A stretch of DNA of 64,000 bases from Lingula anatina (taxonomy: Eukaryota > Animalia > Brachiopoda): NCBI GenBank assembly GCA_051362555.1, contig CM120640.1:44494788-44558787 (forward strand), given 5' to 3'. Each line of letters opens with the position of its first letter. The first letter of the stretch is position 1. Below the pieces are notes generated by a model, which made no database searches, was not told where the DNA came from, and was given only the letters and a program-made list of their open reading frames with translations. This document shows positions 23,601-35,900 of this stretch, one piece after another. Both the position numbers and the translations under genes were made by a program.

Positions 23601-26600
23601 TTTACTGAAGGTGAAATAATCTTCATTAATTCGAGGGTAGATCATTTTTGAGGATTTACCATCTTCTTCTGTTAAAAGTCTATCCTTGTAACGTGTGTGG
23701 TGTACTTCACGATACAGCTTGTAGTAACTGTCGTAGTCCGTACCTGGGAAACGCTCAAGATAATCTTCATATGTTTCTCTGTAGAGTGGGTACCAGTCCT
23801 CATCTCTTGAAGCTTCCCTTTTTTGCTGACGTCTTCTCACTTCTGGGGGGTCTTTCAAATGCTTCTCCCTGTATAATGAACAATACTTATCGAAGGTCAT
23901 GTCAGGAAATTCCTTTCTAAAAGTCACATAATCTTCATTGTAACCAGGAAAGACATGCTTTGGCTTCCTCGACTCTCTTACTGGTTCTTCTTCCAGCCTG
24001 TCCCTGTAATGAGTATGGTGTACTTCACGATACAGATCATAGTAAGTGGTGTAGTCAGTCCCTGGGAAGCGTTCAAGGTAATCTTCATATGCCTCCCTGA
24101 ACAGAGGATAGAAGGCAAAGTCGATAATTGGTCTGTTGGTGTCTCTGCTACTTTCATGGTCGTCTGTTTTTTTCTTTTTCTGGCGCCTGTCTATTTCTTC
24201 TGGGGGATCTTTTGAATGTTTCTCTCTGTACAATGAACAATATTTATCAAAGGTAATGTTAGGATGGTCCTTCCTGAAGCTTATGTAGTTTTCATTGATG
24301 TGAGGGTAGGCAGTTGATTTTGGTGGGTCTGCTTTATATCTTTCTATATACAAGCTTCGATAGACCTTTTCACTAAATTCAGGAAAGTCATGGCTGTAGG
24401 ATTGGTAGTCTTCATTAAAATGTGGATACATTTTAAAACGTGATTTTCCTCTTTCTGCCTGTTTTTCTGCCCAAGCCTTTTCACTGCTTCTTTCATCAGG
24501 TGGCTCGACATCATGTTTTCGTAAGTAGAGATCACGGTAAGTGAGATAGGTAACATCTGGGAAATTGCGGCAATATTCTTCAAAGGTTTCTTCATAAGCT
24601 GGGAAAGCACTCGTACCTCCAACAGCTCCACGGTCACTTGCAGGGGTTGTGTTTGAGTGGTTCCCAGGTGTAACTCTATCAAATGCTTTCCCCTTGAGAT
24701 TATACAATTGAATGTAGTATTCGTCAAAATACCCTTCACTGTACAATCTGCAGTAACTATCAAAGTCGACTTGGGGGTATTTGGCTCTGTACACTGTGTA
24801 CTCTTGGTGAAACTCTTGGAAACTGCCCCACAGAGCATGGGATCTACTGAAGCTTCCAGAGAAATTGGTATCAAAGTGACATTTGTACCATTTTCGAAAT
24901 AAAGATTCAGAATTGTCCTCGGTTCTAGGGGATGTCAATTCCGATGACTGGTTTCTTCTCTTCCTCGGAGATCCTTGGTCATGCCTTTCAACTTCAGGAC
25001 TTCTGCTCCTTGGGAACTCCACTTTTCGTGCCTCATGTTCGCTAACATCACTCCACTTGTCCTTGCTAGCTCTTCGTTTCCTTCTCCCTTTCAGCCTATC
25101 TCTATCTATCTTGCCCTCATAAGACTGACTTCTTTCTCCACCTTTATCATTATCTCTGACCGGATTCCAAACTCTGCCAGCAGAATCACCTCTCTCTCTG
25201 GAATTTCTCTCTTCTTCTTGTCCATAACTTCTTACTGAATCAAATGCATCTGTTGACCCTCCATACGTGTTCCTCTCTTTGGCACGCTGCGCCCTGTCAG
25301 TATCATAAGATTTTGGTGCTGCAGGAGTTGCCGAGCTCACTGGAAAGTTCTCCCTTGTCTGAACATGGGGGTTCTGAGGACCTGCAGTGGTATGAAGGGC
25401 TGCACTAGGGTACTGGTAATTATGTGGAGCAATGCTTGCTTCAAACTTCTCTTGCTGTTCTAGGAGATGTAAATGATGCTGTGACTGAAGTGACTGCTGT
25501 TGCTGCACAAAGTGTTGCTGCTGTTGGAAAGGTTGATGTTTTGGTTGAGGCTGAGGTATATATTGCTCTGGAGATGGTTTTCCAGGCTGTTGGTATTGCC
25601 ATTCAAGTTGCGGTGATGAATATACTGGTTTTGCAGCATAACCTCCAGTAGGTGGTACAATACTTGGATGTTGGGTGGCTGTTGTTCCCTATAAAAAGCA
25701 TGAATTTACATCAAATAATCATATTTAGAACTTACTAAAAAGGTTCTTCCACAATGGTTCCAAAGGCATTCTGAAAGAAAAAGACAAATTTTGGTAAAGC
25801 ATGTGTTCTGAACATATAATGTGTTTTCATTCAATTTCCATAAATGTTTGTTACTGTAACAATATGTGAGGCACAGGTATATGGAATGTACATATCACAA
25901 AGCTGCCACTCTGGATTACAAGTTCAACCCTGGTCATGAAGTCCTACATGCTCACACCAAATATGCAAATGCCACAAACCACAGACATTGGTGTATTTCT
26001 AGATGTGGAGCACATTTAGATCAATGGTCACTAAGTGCACACATACAAGCACCATCTGCCCATAAGTTGGTGACTTTGCACTGATGTTAATTGTACCTTT
26101 CTGTAACTAAACCAGGATGACCCGAAGTTGAGGCATACCATGGTTTTATGCACAACAATATAGATTTCGGAAGTTAACATCAAAGACATGTTGACCTCAA
26201 CATAGTTATAATATGAGATGGACATGTCAACTGCACCTATATCAATGGTATAGCAAACATGTCAGAGCAGTGTACCTAGGAGAACTCGGGTTTGCATGCA
26301 ATGTACTTCTGGTGAAACTCCAGGTAATGGCATTTAAGTGCAAAGAGCAACTCAAAAGAGTAGAAACAAACTCAAAACAGGCTTATCATCACAAATAATA
26401 AAAAAATATGTCTAGGCAGTGTTCCTGAATCCACAATATGCTTATGTAAAGACATAAGTGGAAGAGGGAAGACAAAAACAATATGACACCATGTTGTGCA
26501 AAACTGCATGACAAAGTTGAAATGCTGATATCTGCTCTGGTAAATAACAAAAATAAATGTAAATGCCACCCATACAGATTATACTAGTCTACCTCAAGGA

Positions 26601-29600
26601 CAACTGTCCCAAAACATTTATCTTTACAATCAACTGTATTAGTCATACTTTCATCACACAAAGCATTAAAACTGCATCAACATTTAAACTTTGATGCTGA
26701 CTGAAACCAGGTACAGAAGGCCTTTAATTCAACTTCTTAGTTCCTCTGACTTGCTCATTCCGTAACAATTTGGTCCCCTTCCTTCAAATCTATTCCTTCA
26801 AGCCTGCTTGAATCTACAGAATTCTTTTCATACAGACCAGTGTGTTAAAATACATTCAGAAAACTAAAATGACTACCAATCAGATGAAATAGTATAAAAG
26901 ACAAGAGTGTGACATCAAGATCCAGTATTAAACAGGGAGACTGCATATTTACTAAGGCTGAGTTAAACTGGCATGCATGGTTGGCCCCTAGAAATGTCTT
27001 TAAGTCTCTATTTATAGAGGCAACACATACAATGCTCAATACAACACAGGCCACGAGTAAATATCATATGTAACAAGGTTTCAGAAGTGTGTGTGTGGCA
27101 GTGCCACCAAGTATATCCATATTTATTGGGGATGAACATCATGTCATCATTAAACATCACTAACAAAAAAAAAGCATTTAAAAAACTAGAAAATATTTGA
27201 CAACTTGGGAAACAGACTTTTAATCAATTTTCTACAATTTCTCAGATGTAAGTCTAAAATAACAAGTTACCAAAATGAAAGATTTGGTATGGTGAAATTA
27301 AAATAAAATCAAAGATTTTATTGCTTTAATATTTAACTTGAAGATCAACCACAGATATATACAACATTTAGATTTTTAATGAAATTTAGTGTCAAATCTA
27401 AGAATCAGAAAAAGATATCAAATAAGACTCCATCCTGAGATGGGATAATAACCTACTTGAAATAGACGAGTCTGCAGTCAGTAAGAAAGAGTAACCTTTA
27501 TATAACTGACCTGTATCATACTATAACCTGCATTTTCTGAACTTGGAACACTTCCAGTTGCCATGCTTTGACTGTATTGAGTATGAGCACCAGACCCTCC
27601 CAATGCTGATGAGATTTTCCTGTCAAATATCCCTGTAGCCTTCCATGGGCTAGTCTCATTACCAGTAAGATTTGCTTCAGAAACGGCTGCAGGACTGTCA
27701 GTACCTAGAAACCAGAATACATCACATAGCATCCAACCACCTCCAGATTTTTAATGATTTTTAAGATTATCAAATCAACTTCTGTATTTGATTAGCCAGC
27801 TTTGATGTGCGGGGTACTTTACTCATGTGACATGTTAATGTCTGCTATTTTGAACTAGTTGAAACCCGACTAAATCTAGTTCAAAATTACCAGAGATTCA
27901 TACTTACATGAGACTTTAGAGAAGTAGAATGTTACTGCCTACAAATAAACAAAATAATAAATGCAAAAATAATTGTTTTATATACATCTATCTTTAATAT
28001 AAACAAAGTTTAAAATATAGACAAATAACAAACACTCTCAAAGAATGACAAGCTTTTTAATCATCTCCTTATCCTCCCACCTTTGAAGAGAAATTAGGAC
28101 TGGAAAGTTCTTATCAAAATTGTGTATGTGTTTATCCTATCCAATTGCTTATCACCTTGGGTAGTTTGAAGACATAAATAACACATTATATGTGCTTCAA
28201 ATGTGACAAAAAAAAAAAAAAAAACAAAAACAATCACAATGTTTATGTAACACAGGCATACCCTTTGGTGTTTTCCTGATGTTATGTGACCCTTGTAGTT
28301 TTCACTTCCATTCATCACACGCTGGCAAATCTGTATATAAACAATAAAAAAGCCTTCTTCACAATACTCTTTTTATGAAGTAATTCAAACAAATTTCACC
28401 TTAAGGAAAAAAATGGAAATTATTCACCAGAATTATTTCATAAAATTTATTTATTTTTCCAATGTCAGCTTCACTTTTTATCATCAAATTGAAATGGTAT
28501 CTAAGATACATTTTAAGTTACATTTTGTAAAGGCCCTGTAAATGTCTTTCTAAAAAATGTTTTTGAGCCCATTTTCTCTCTACATCATTTATAATCCATG
28601 TACCCTTTCCTGTATTAAACAAATATCAAGGGTACCTAATTATGTATTTAAGTCTTGCAATGCATACTAATAAGAGTACTTTTCATATATTCTTACCTCA
28701 CAGACGTACATAATTTGCCCTTCAGGCATTTTTCCATGGGCTGCTTTTATCCTTTTCTGAAACAAAAACCAGATAGAATAATAAGAAACCAAAGTGCAAA
28801 ATATGAGTTATGACCTTAAGCATTATCTAAGCTATATGTGACAAAATGCAGGTAATTGTTTTATATAGGACACATTCACAACAGCAGACTAATAGATCTG
28901 CAGAACAAATATGGCAACCCTCTTAAAAGCTTACTGCAAAAACCCCTTAATTGACAATGAATAGATCCTCCCCTTCCCTGGAATTACACAAGCATTTAAG
29001 TTTTAGTTTAGTTAATGCCTAGATCTAAAATAATTACACATAGAATATCTGAAATGTAGATTTTGCTGCATGAGGTGTAAATGACAGTTTTTAGAGCATG
29101 TATCAGGGTAAGAGGTACACGTAAATTTTACATAGGTTTTCTACCCACCTGGAGCTCTTTACTTTTGGGTTTAACTGCACCATGTATAACTAGTATATAG
29201 TACTTCTGAAACAATACCAACAAAAACTTTAAAGACCCTCTACGACTTCTACAAAAAGTGTATTTTCACTTAAAGATATAGTAATTTCAGACCATGCTAT
29301 GAGCATCAGTACAGGAATGCTAAGAGCTTATCCCAACATTTTTAAGCAAGTGAAATATCATAGTTATATCTCAATTACATATTTTACAGTGTAAACCACT
29401 CACCTTAGCATGTTTTGGACTTTCCATATGACATCTCATCTTCCTGTTTGGCAGGCTCAAATTAGGCATCTGAAATAAGATCAGAACAAAATAAACAAAA
29501 TCATATTAAAACATCTTACTCATATCAATAACAGAGGACAAAGAGAAAGGTTAAGACTTTAAGGGGGAAATCTAACCCAAAAAAACAAACAAGCAAACAA

Positions 29601-32530
29601 AAAACAAATATAATTATATATATATTAAAATTAAATGTCTTGGGTATCTGCAGCTTAACACTACAAAACACTTTTCAAAAGGGCATAGAAAATGAAATTT
29701 TAAGCATACATTTTTTTTTTGTTTGAAAGTCATAATTTGATGACACCAATAAACACCTAGTTTATCACCTCTTGCAAAGCTTGTCACCTGTGAAGTTTCC
29801 TGACAAAGTTTTGTGTGATGCCTTACCTATAAGTCAGTGATTGAAGTGATTGCAGGCTTTACAATGACTTTTTGATTTTCTCAGATTGCAACATAGTTAT
29901 GATAAGCATCAGGAAAGTAGGATCAAAGGTTGGTTAGAAAAAAAATACCATTTACAATTTGAAACTTCATTAAGAAACAAGTTCTTCAGAGGAAAATCCT
30001 ACACTGGGGATCTTTAAACATTCCTACAAAGTTACACATTTTCACAACTTACAACTGAAGAGTTTGGTCCTTGGATGTCTCCTGGAACATGGTCCAACTC
30101 GATTAAATTTGGGTTTGTCTTACAAATCTGAAATAAACACCAATTTTAAATCCAAATTTCTCAGCATGTCGCATCAACATCATGTAGATAACCTGGGTTT
30201 CCAGTTGTCTATAAGTAAAAAACATCTACTAATCCAATTTTAACTAGACCATCAACCTTTTTAAGACCCCATTCCCAGAGATTAGATCGACCCAGCTAGA
30301 TCGACCTAACTCCCTGGGGGTTCACGCTAAATAGCTGTCAGCCGAGCGGGCACGAAAGTTAATAACTCCCTTACAGCTTGTAGTAGGCGGGACGGACATT
30401 TAAGCCGGATTATCTGATAGTAATCTAGTGAGACTCCCCACAGGGATAGATGGATCTAAAATCTATGGGAATGCGCCCTAAGACTCTGACATCCAGACAA
30501 AATCTGGTCAATGCCCAGTAAAATATATATCAAAAATTATGTTGGCAGATAAAATTTGTATTTTTAGTTGGCTGGTATTCAAAATAAACTTTTTAAAAAA
30601 TTTAAATCTATGGCGTCATTTAAAATACACAAAAAAAGGTAGAAAACTTAATTGGACACAATACACACACATTTTGGTGCTAAATTGACAATACATAAAC
30701 AATTATACTGTACATATTTGGAACAAGCTCCTTGGGAAATCCAGAGAATATTAAATATCGAGTGCCTCTGCTAAAAAAAATGTTTGTACATAAAATTCAG
30801 AGTCAGCTGATAGTTACAAAAAATCTAAGAAAACAAGATTACCATCAGCAGGAACAAAACTCAGAGTAATTTCTTCTGGGCAAAAAACACAAAAATATCA
30901 AAAATTATTGCTACTCAATAACACCATTCATATCACAAACATAGGATACCAATTTGCAAACAAATATCCCTGAAACTCTCCCATTTTAAGGGGATATAAT
31001 AAGATGAACTTTCAAATGTAAAATTGCCATTAGCCTGTCAGGATAATAAATTAAAAATAGAAAGTCTTCTTGGATACCAAGCTGAACAACACAAAATCAG
31101 TCCTAAAAAAATGTTCTATGAGTAAAACTGTCATAAAACAACCAAAACAAGTGATGAACAGATATATCACACCTTACAATAATTGTGTGTCACATAGGGT
31201 TTATCAAGGGGTTCCATCTTTATTTTATGCTTCAAACCATCACTTGGGCGTAATGGACCACTCTCCTCAGTTTTTTTAGCAGTGTCCGACTTCTGTAATT
31301 CTCTGTCAATTTTTCCCTTTTCTTTAGCTTCTTTGTCTGCTTTCTCTTTCTTCTCTTTAACCATCCTGTCAACCATCTTTTTCATATGCACTATGCCCTC
31401 ACAATGTTGCCTATAATGCTATAAAAAAAAAAGGGAAGAATATACTTTACAGAGAACTTGTGCCATAATTAACCAGGTCTGAGCTAACTCTACCAGAATA
31501 CACTTTAGCCAGATGTTTATCATGTGGACATTAGGGTGAAGAAAGTGTATCTAACACTTGGTTATCTATCCCAACTCTATCCCAGCTTTAACTTTTTGAT
31601 TTTACTAAAATTAAGCATAAGTATGTAAAAAGAAATTCTGTTATGTCTTATAGTGAATCCAGATGGTTTTCTCTGACACACCATTTTATATCTTACAGGT
31701 AGCCTCCTATACAGACATCCAAGAGGTTTAATATATGCCTCTTTTAAATGTATGTTTACTGACTTGATTGCTATATATTTAATAAAAATTGATTGAATTC
31801 ATTCTATACTAATTTCTTCATGTGAAGTCACATTTCTGCAATAATGGCAACATTACATACATTGGCAACAAGTTCAAATGAAAAAATTAGGAAAACACAC
31901 CATTTCAGTTTTTCCTTTAATTTCAATTTCACATAAATCACAATATCCCCAATTTGTCTCGGTATCTTCCTGTCCCTTACTATCCATTTTCTTGTCCATT
32001 TTAGCCCTCTGCTCTTGTCCAGCTGGTCTAGAAGCAGTGGATGAGTTCTTTGAAATTAATTTATGATCTCCCTTCATCCCCAGCTTCTGCTTAAAAGACA
32101 TCTTGTTTTGGGGACGACCATCTCTTGTAGTGTTAGTTGGAGTTTTCAGTATACCTGAATGGCTACCCAGTGGTGGTCCAGACATGGGTGTATATGCTGG
32201 GGCATTGCCTAGTATTTGAGGATTATTTTGACCCTGGATTTGGTTTTGAAGATGCTGCTGAGGATGTTGTAGTTGTTGAGGAAGAGGCTGGGAGTGAGAA
32301 GCAGGTCCTTGTCCATAATAAGAGACAGGCACTGGAGACTGCTGCACAAGACGATTTTGATCGTAATATGTGTGTGGGTAGGTGCCCTGGGTAGTTACTC
32401 CGACTCCCTGATTACTGTAGGGTGCTGCAGCCATCCCCTGTGTCTGGCCCTGCATTTGCCACCTGCTTGCGTCTTGCTGGGTATTTTGGCTGGGCCAGTT
32501 CCCAGACCCGTATTGTTGATAATACGCCAT
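20697..32530 (-). CDS. Uncharacterised ~1829-aa protein: Q/P/G-rich N-terminus, three C2H2 (matrin/U1-type spacing) zinc fingers, large Tyr/Phe-rich repeat region, helical C-terminus
   Basis: Exons (minus): 32530-31901, 31418-31173, 30127-30053, 29469-29404, 28756-28697, 28330-28262, 27938-27908, 27704-27511, 25688-21927, 21702-21571, 21459-21334, 20795-20697. All are GT-AG and join into one continuous frame. Fingers are CDLC-x14-HCEGIVH, CKIC-x36-HMESPKH and CEIC-x12-HITSGKH. Includes track ORFs 31874..32590 and 21906..25508. Confidence 0.8.
22110..23350 (-). repeat. Four coding tandem units of ~100-104 aa (~305-312 bp) within the large exon
   Basis: Repeated block SYPLYRETYxDYLxRFP...DLYxEVHxTRYKxLVAxDL...PVPSLLxLPEVGKH. 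The nucleotide anchor GTTTCTCTATACAATGGATA recurs at ~22306, ~22612, ~22921 and ~23233. Confidence 0.9.
30265..30478. mobile_element. Small MITE, PIF/Harbinger-like, in intron 2 of the zinc-finger gene
   Basis: Imperfect TIRs (GACCCCATTCCCAGAGATTAGATC / GATCTAAAATCTATGGGAATGCGCCC) flanked by TAA on both sides (30262-30264 and 30479-30481). More CpG-rich than the surrounding intron. Confidence 0.6.
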
Positions 32531-32987
32531 GTTTTTATGGCCTGGGTGAGGATACAGCACGACAAATATGAATCTGCTTTTAGAAGTCAACTAGTATAAC
32601 TGTAGAATGACTTAACTACCATCAATGTATCCACCCCTCAGAAGAATCATTTTGTCGCACAGTCAATGGCCGCATGTGTCAGGGAGCATAATTATGTATA
32701 TTTATTTCTCTTTTTTCAAACATTCTGGATATACACTAGCTCAAATAAATGCAAATTTTATATATTTTTGTACATCTATTAAGTCGTTATGTCTTAATAT
32801 TTGTATATTTTTTACTCCCAATTGCATTTCTTAACCGCTTTCCTATATTCTGAAAGCATGTAGAACAACTGCTCCCCTCAAATGATACCGATGCTCAAAA
32901 ACCTGCGCAGACGGTTACCAATAACTCAAGATGGCGACCATGGAATGAAACTGGGGCTGTGTCTAGCGGAATTCGGTAAAATTTGAT
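32531..32987. promoter_or_regulatory. Compact bidirectional promoter region between the zinc-finger gene and the SBF-like gene
   Basis: Divergent ATGs only 457 bp apart. Contains YY1-type CAAGATGGCG (32927-32936), CCAAT (32918-32922) and palindromic CTGCGCAG (32903-32910). Confidence 0.65.
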
Positions 32988-35900
32988 ATGTCTCGGTTGG
33001 CGGACTACTTCGTTGTGGTAGGATATGACCAAGAAAAAGAACGTAAGTTTATCGCACCTTTTATTTCTTGGATCTTCATTCTCTGATCTTGCCTTTGAAG
33101 TTGAACAGATGTCCACTCCCAATCACCTGAATCACCAACTTATGTCAGTCAGCAGCATCATTAGTGTTGTGTTGGCCGGGTTTTCCATACTGGATTGGTA
33201 TAAATATCAGCACTTAAAACGTCAGATTTAGATATATGGAGCTGATTGTTATTTTGTTATGATCGATAATGACAGAGCATAATGTTGTGTGCTGACAGTC
33301 TTTATATTGATGACATTGCACCCACTGCTGACTGTGCTGAGCTGGACTCTTTTAAGTTTATTTCAAGTTACAATAGAACTCATACTGATGTTCTGTAGAG
33401 TCTTACATGGCATCATTTACTGTTTCATAAAGTATCATGTATGTTTGAGTTTGAATCTATTTGGGTACCAATTATTATTTTGTAACTACCTGAATAATGC
33501 CCCAATGAGCTGTACAAACAATTAACTACCTGTATAATGATACATACCTATCATTTAATATTGAGTATACAGGTACCTCTGTGGTGGGGGTCCAGGAAAT
33601 AATATTCATAAGGTTCATAATATATAGAATACCTGATTTTAGTTTTAATGATATAAAGTTGCATAGTCACAAATTGTCTTAAATGATACTATTGCATTTT
33701 TTTTTTTTTTGGTTTTGTTTTGTTTTCTTTGTTATATATGATCATGGTGGGTCTGAGTTAATTTTTCTTTGCTGTTTGTGAAAGTCTGCATGAAACCTAT
33801 CAATATATATTTTGGCTCATTCCAGCAAATTTTGTTTTGATGAAATAGCATTAAACTATATAGACCAAGATGTTTGTTGGACTGTTATAGTAGCAAATAC
33901 CTGCAGGTTCACTCCTATTGATGGCCATCAGCAGTTGTCACTTTCTCCAAATAATTACCCAAGTTAAAAGTGTCATTAAACATACCGGTAAATATATATT
34001 GATTGCAGTTGCAACTGATGCCTTTCACTTAAACTGCTTCTCTCAAACTTAAACTGCTTCTCCCTTAGTTAAATGAATGTGGTATATCACATTGTAATAC
34101 AGAACAATCTAGAGAGAAAAACTTGGCTAGGCTATAATATAACAGTTGTTAGATACTTTTTGGCAAGTTTTGATTTTCAGAGTTAGCTGATAAAGATAAA
34201 CTTTGATTAACAACTAAGTGTTACTTTTTCTATAATGAGTAACAAAGGCTATGATTTGTATTGTTTTATAACCAATTTAGAAAGATATACAATTACCGTA
34301 TTATTTTGATAAGGTCACCCGCATTGTGAGAGATAAAAGAAGATAGAGAATCATGAGTGGTGATATTACCTTGTACAACTGTAAAACAAGTATGACCCAT
34401 GTATTTGTGTTGTGTAATATTAGTCTGCAGGTTGTCAGTAGGTATTGATATTTTCAAGGATATCTTGTTGAATGATATATGAATGCCTTTAAAGCACTGG
34501 TATAGATAACTGTTGATATATGAAAATGTTTTTTTTTTTTTTTTACGTATGACTCTTGAAGATGTTGGGATTGTATAACAGCAACCACATTTTTTTTGTT
34601 TTAATCTATTTAATCTTTAGACCAGAAGATTAATTTTGTATTAGGAAATGAAATTCACCGTAATTGATTTATTTTGATGTTTTTCATACATTTATTTTAG
34701 CAAAATATTTATCATTTAATTGGCTTACCCTGTAGTAAAGTCATTGGGATACTAGTAAATCATATTTTCAGACAGATGGTTTGTGTGATGAAATAGATAA
34801 TTACCTAGAATTTGTATTGGCGTAGTAGCTAATGCATACTCTATATTATGCAGTTATGTTGTCATATGATTTATTTGGTGAAATCATTATAACTGACAGA
34901 ATTAAGTATAATTGGAAAGTCTTTTTTTTTTCTTCAGCCAAAGCAAATTGACTATAATTTTTAGCAGATTAGCAAAAATTTACAGCAAAGCTAAAGCTTT
35001 GGGGAAAAAAATCTGATTGTCACTGCTAACCTCATAGCAGAGCATGCATATGATATATTATGTTACACTTTCTAGGTCATGGAAATCATTACAGAGCACA
35101 TCCTGATAGAAGTTATGGCATATATTAAGGAAAGTCATAATTTCAATCAAACCATTAGATTCCATAGTTTAGTTGTACACTGCTTTAATATCATATTATA
35201 TTATAGATACTAATAATAATATCATAAAAGCTACAAGACAAAAATTTAGAACTAGGAACTGACCAAGGGGTGTGGCTGTCCATCTCACTGACCCCAGGCA
35301 AAAGAACACCCCAGGTTGCCTTTGGCTGCATAATATAATGTTACTGGTATTATTGCCCCTCTGACCTTGCCAGGTGCCTGCCTCTTTTATGTTTTGTAGA
35401 TTGTCAAAATGGTCTCTTGCCCCCAGTTGATGGGCATTCTTGCTATGATAAATGTACAATAACCTCAACCATCTGGAATCATTTAGATGGACTTCTCTTA
35501 CCACACAGATCAATATTTATGTTAAGAAACCAACTGCTAGATGAGGCTATACCCTCTGTGTTGGAGAGTTGTTTTTCTAACCCAAGAACAATGCCTTTGT
35601 ATGCATTTTGATATTAAGAGAGATATTTAGGTTGTACTTATTGGTTCATCATATCTGCTTTTGTAAGTGACTTTTTTTATCTGAGAAGTGAACTTTGAAA
35701 ACAGACCACTAATTACTTAACCTCCATTTTAGCTGACGGCTTCATATACTAGTAAGTACTTTAATTCAGTGGGCCATAAAAAGAGATGAAATCTTCCAAG
35801 AGCTAGTGATGTCTACTGTACATAATAGAAATATCCCATAAAATAGCTTTTTATATCTCTATCTATTTTCAGCCTCCTGATGAAATTATCCACTGGATTG

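Noticed and set aside
21968-25651. Antisense and alternate-frame ORFs overlapping the large exon
   Set aside because: Shadows of a long coding exon with no independent protein features.
25736-25770. 35-nt exon-like segment on the minus strand whose inclusion would create a TAG
   Set aside because: The downstream intron would be only 47 nt, and the gene model joins in frame without it.
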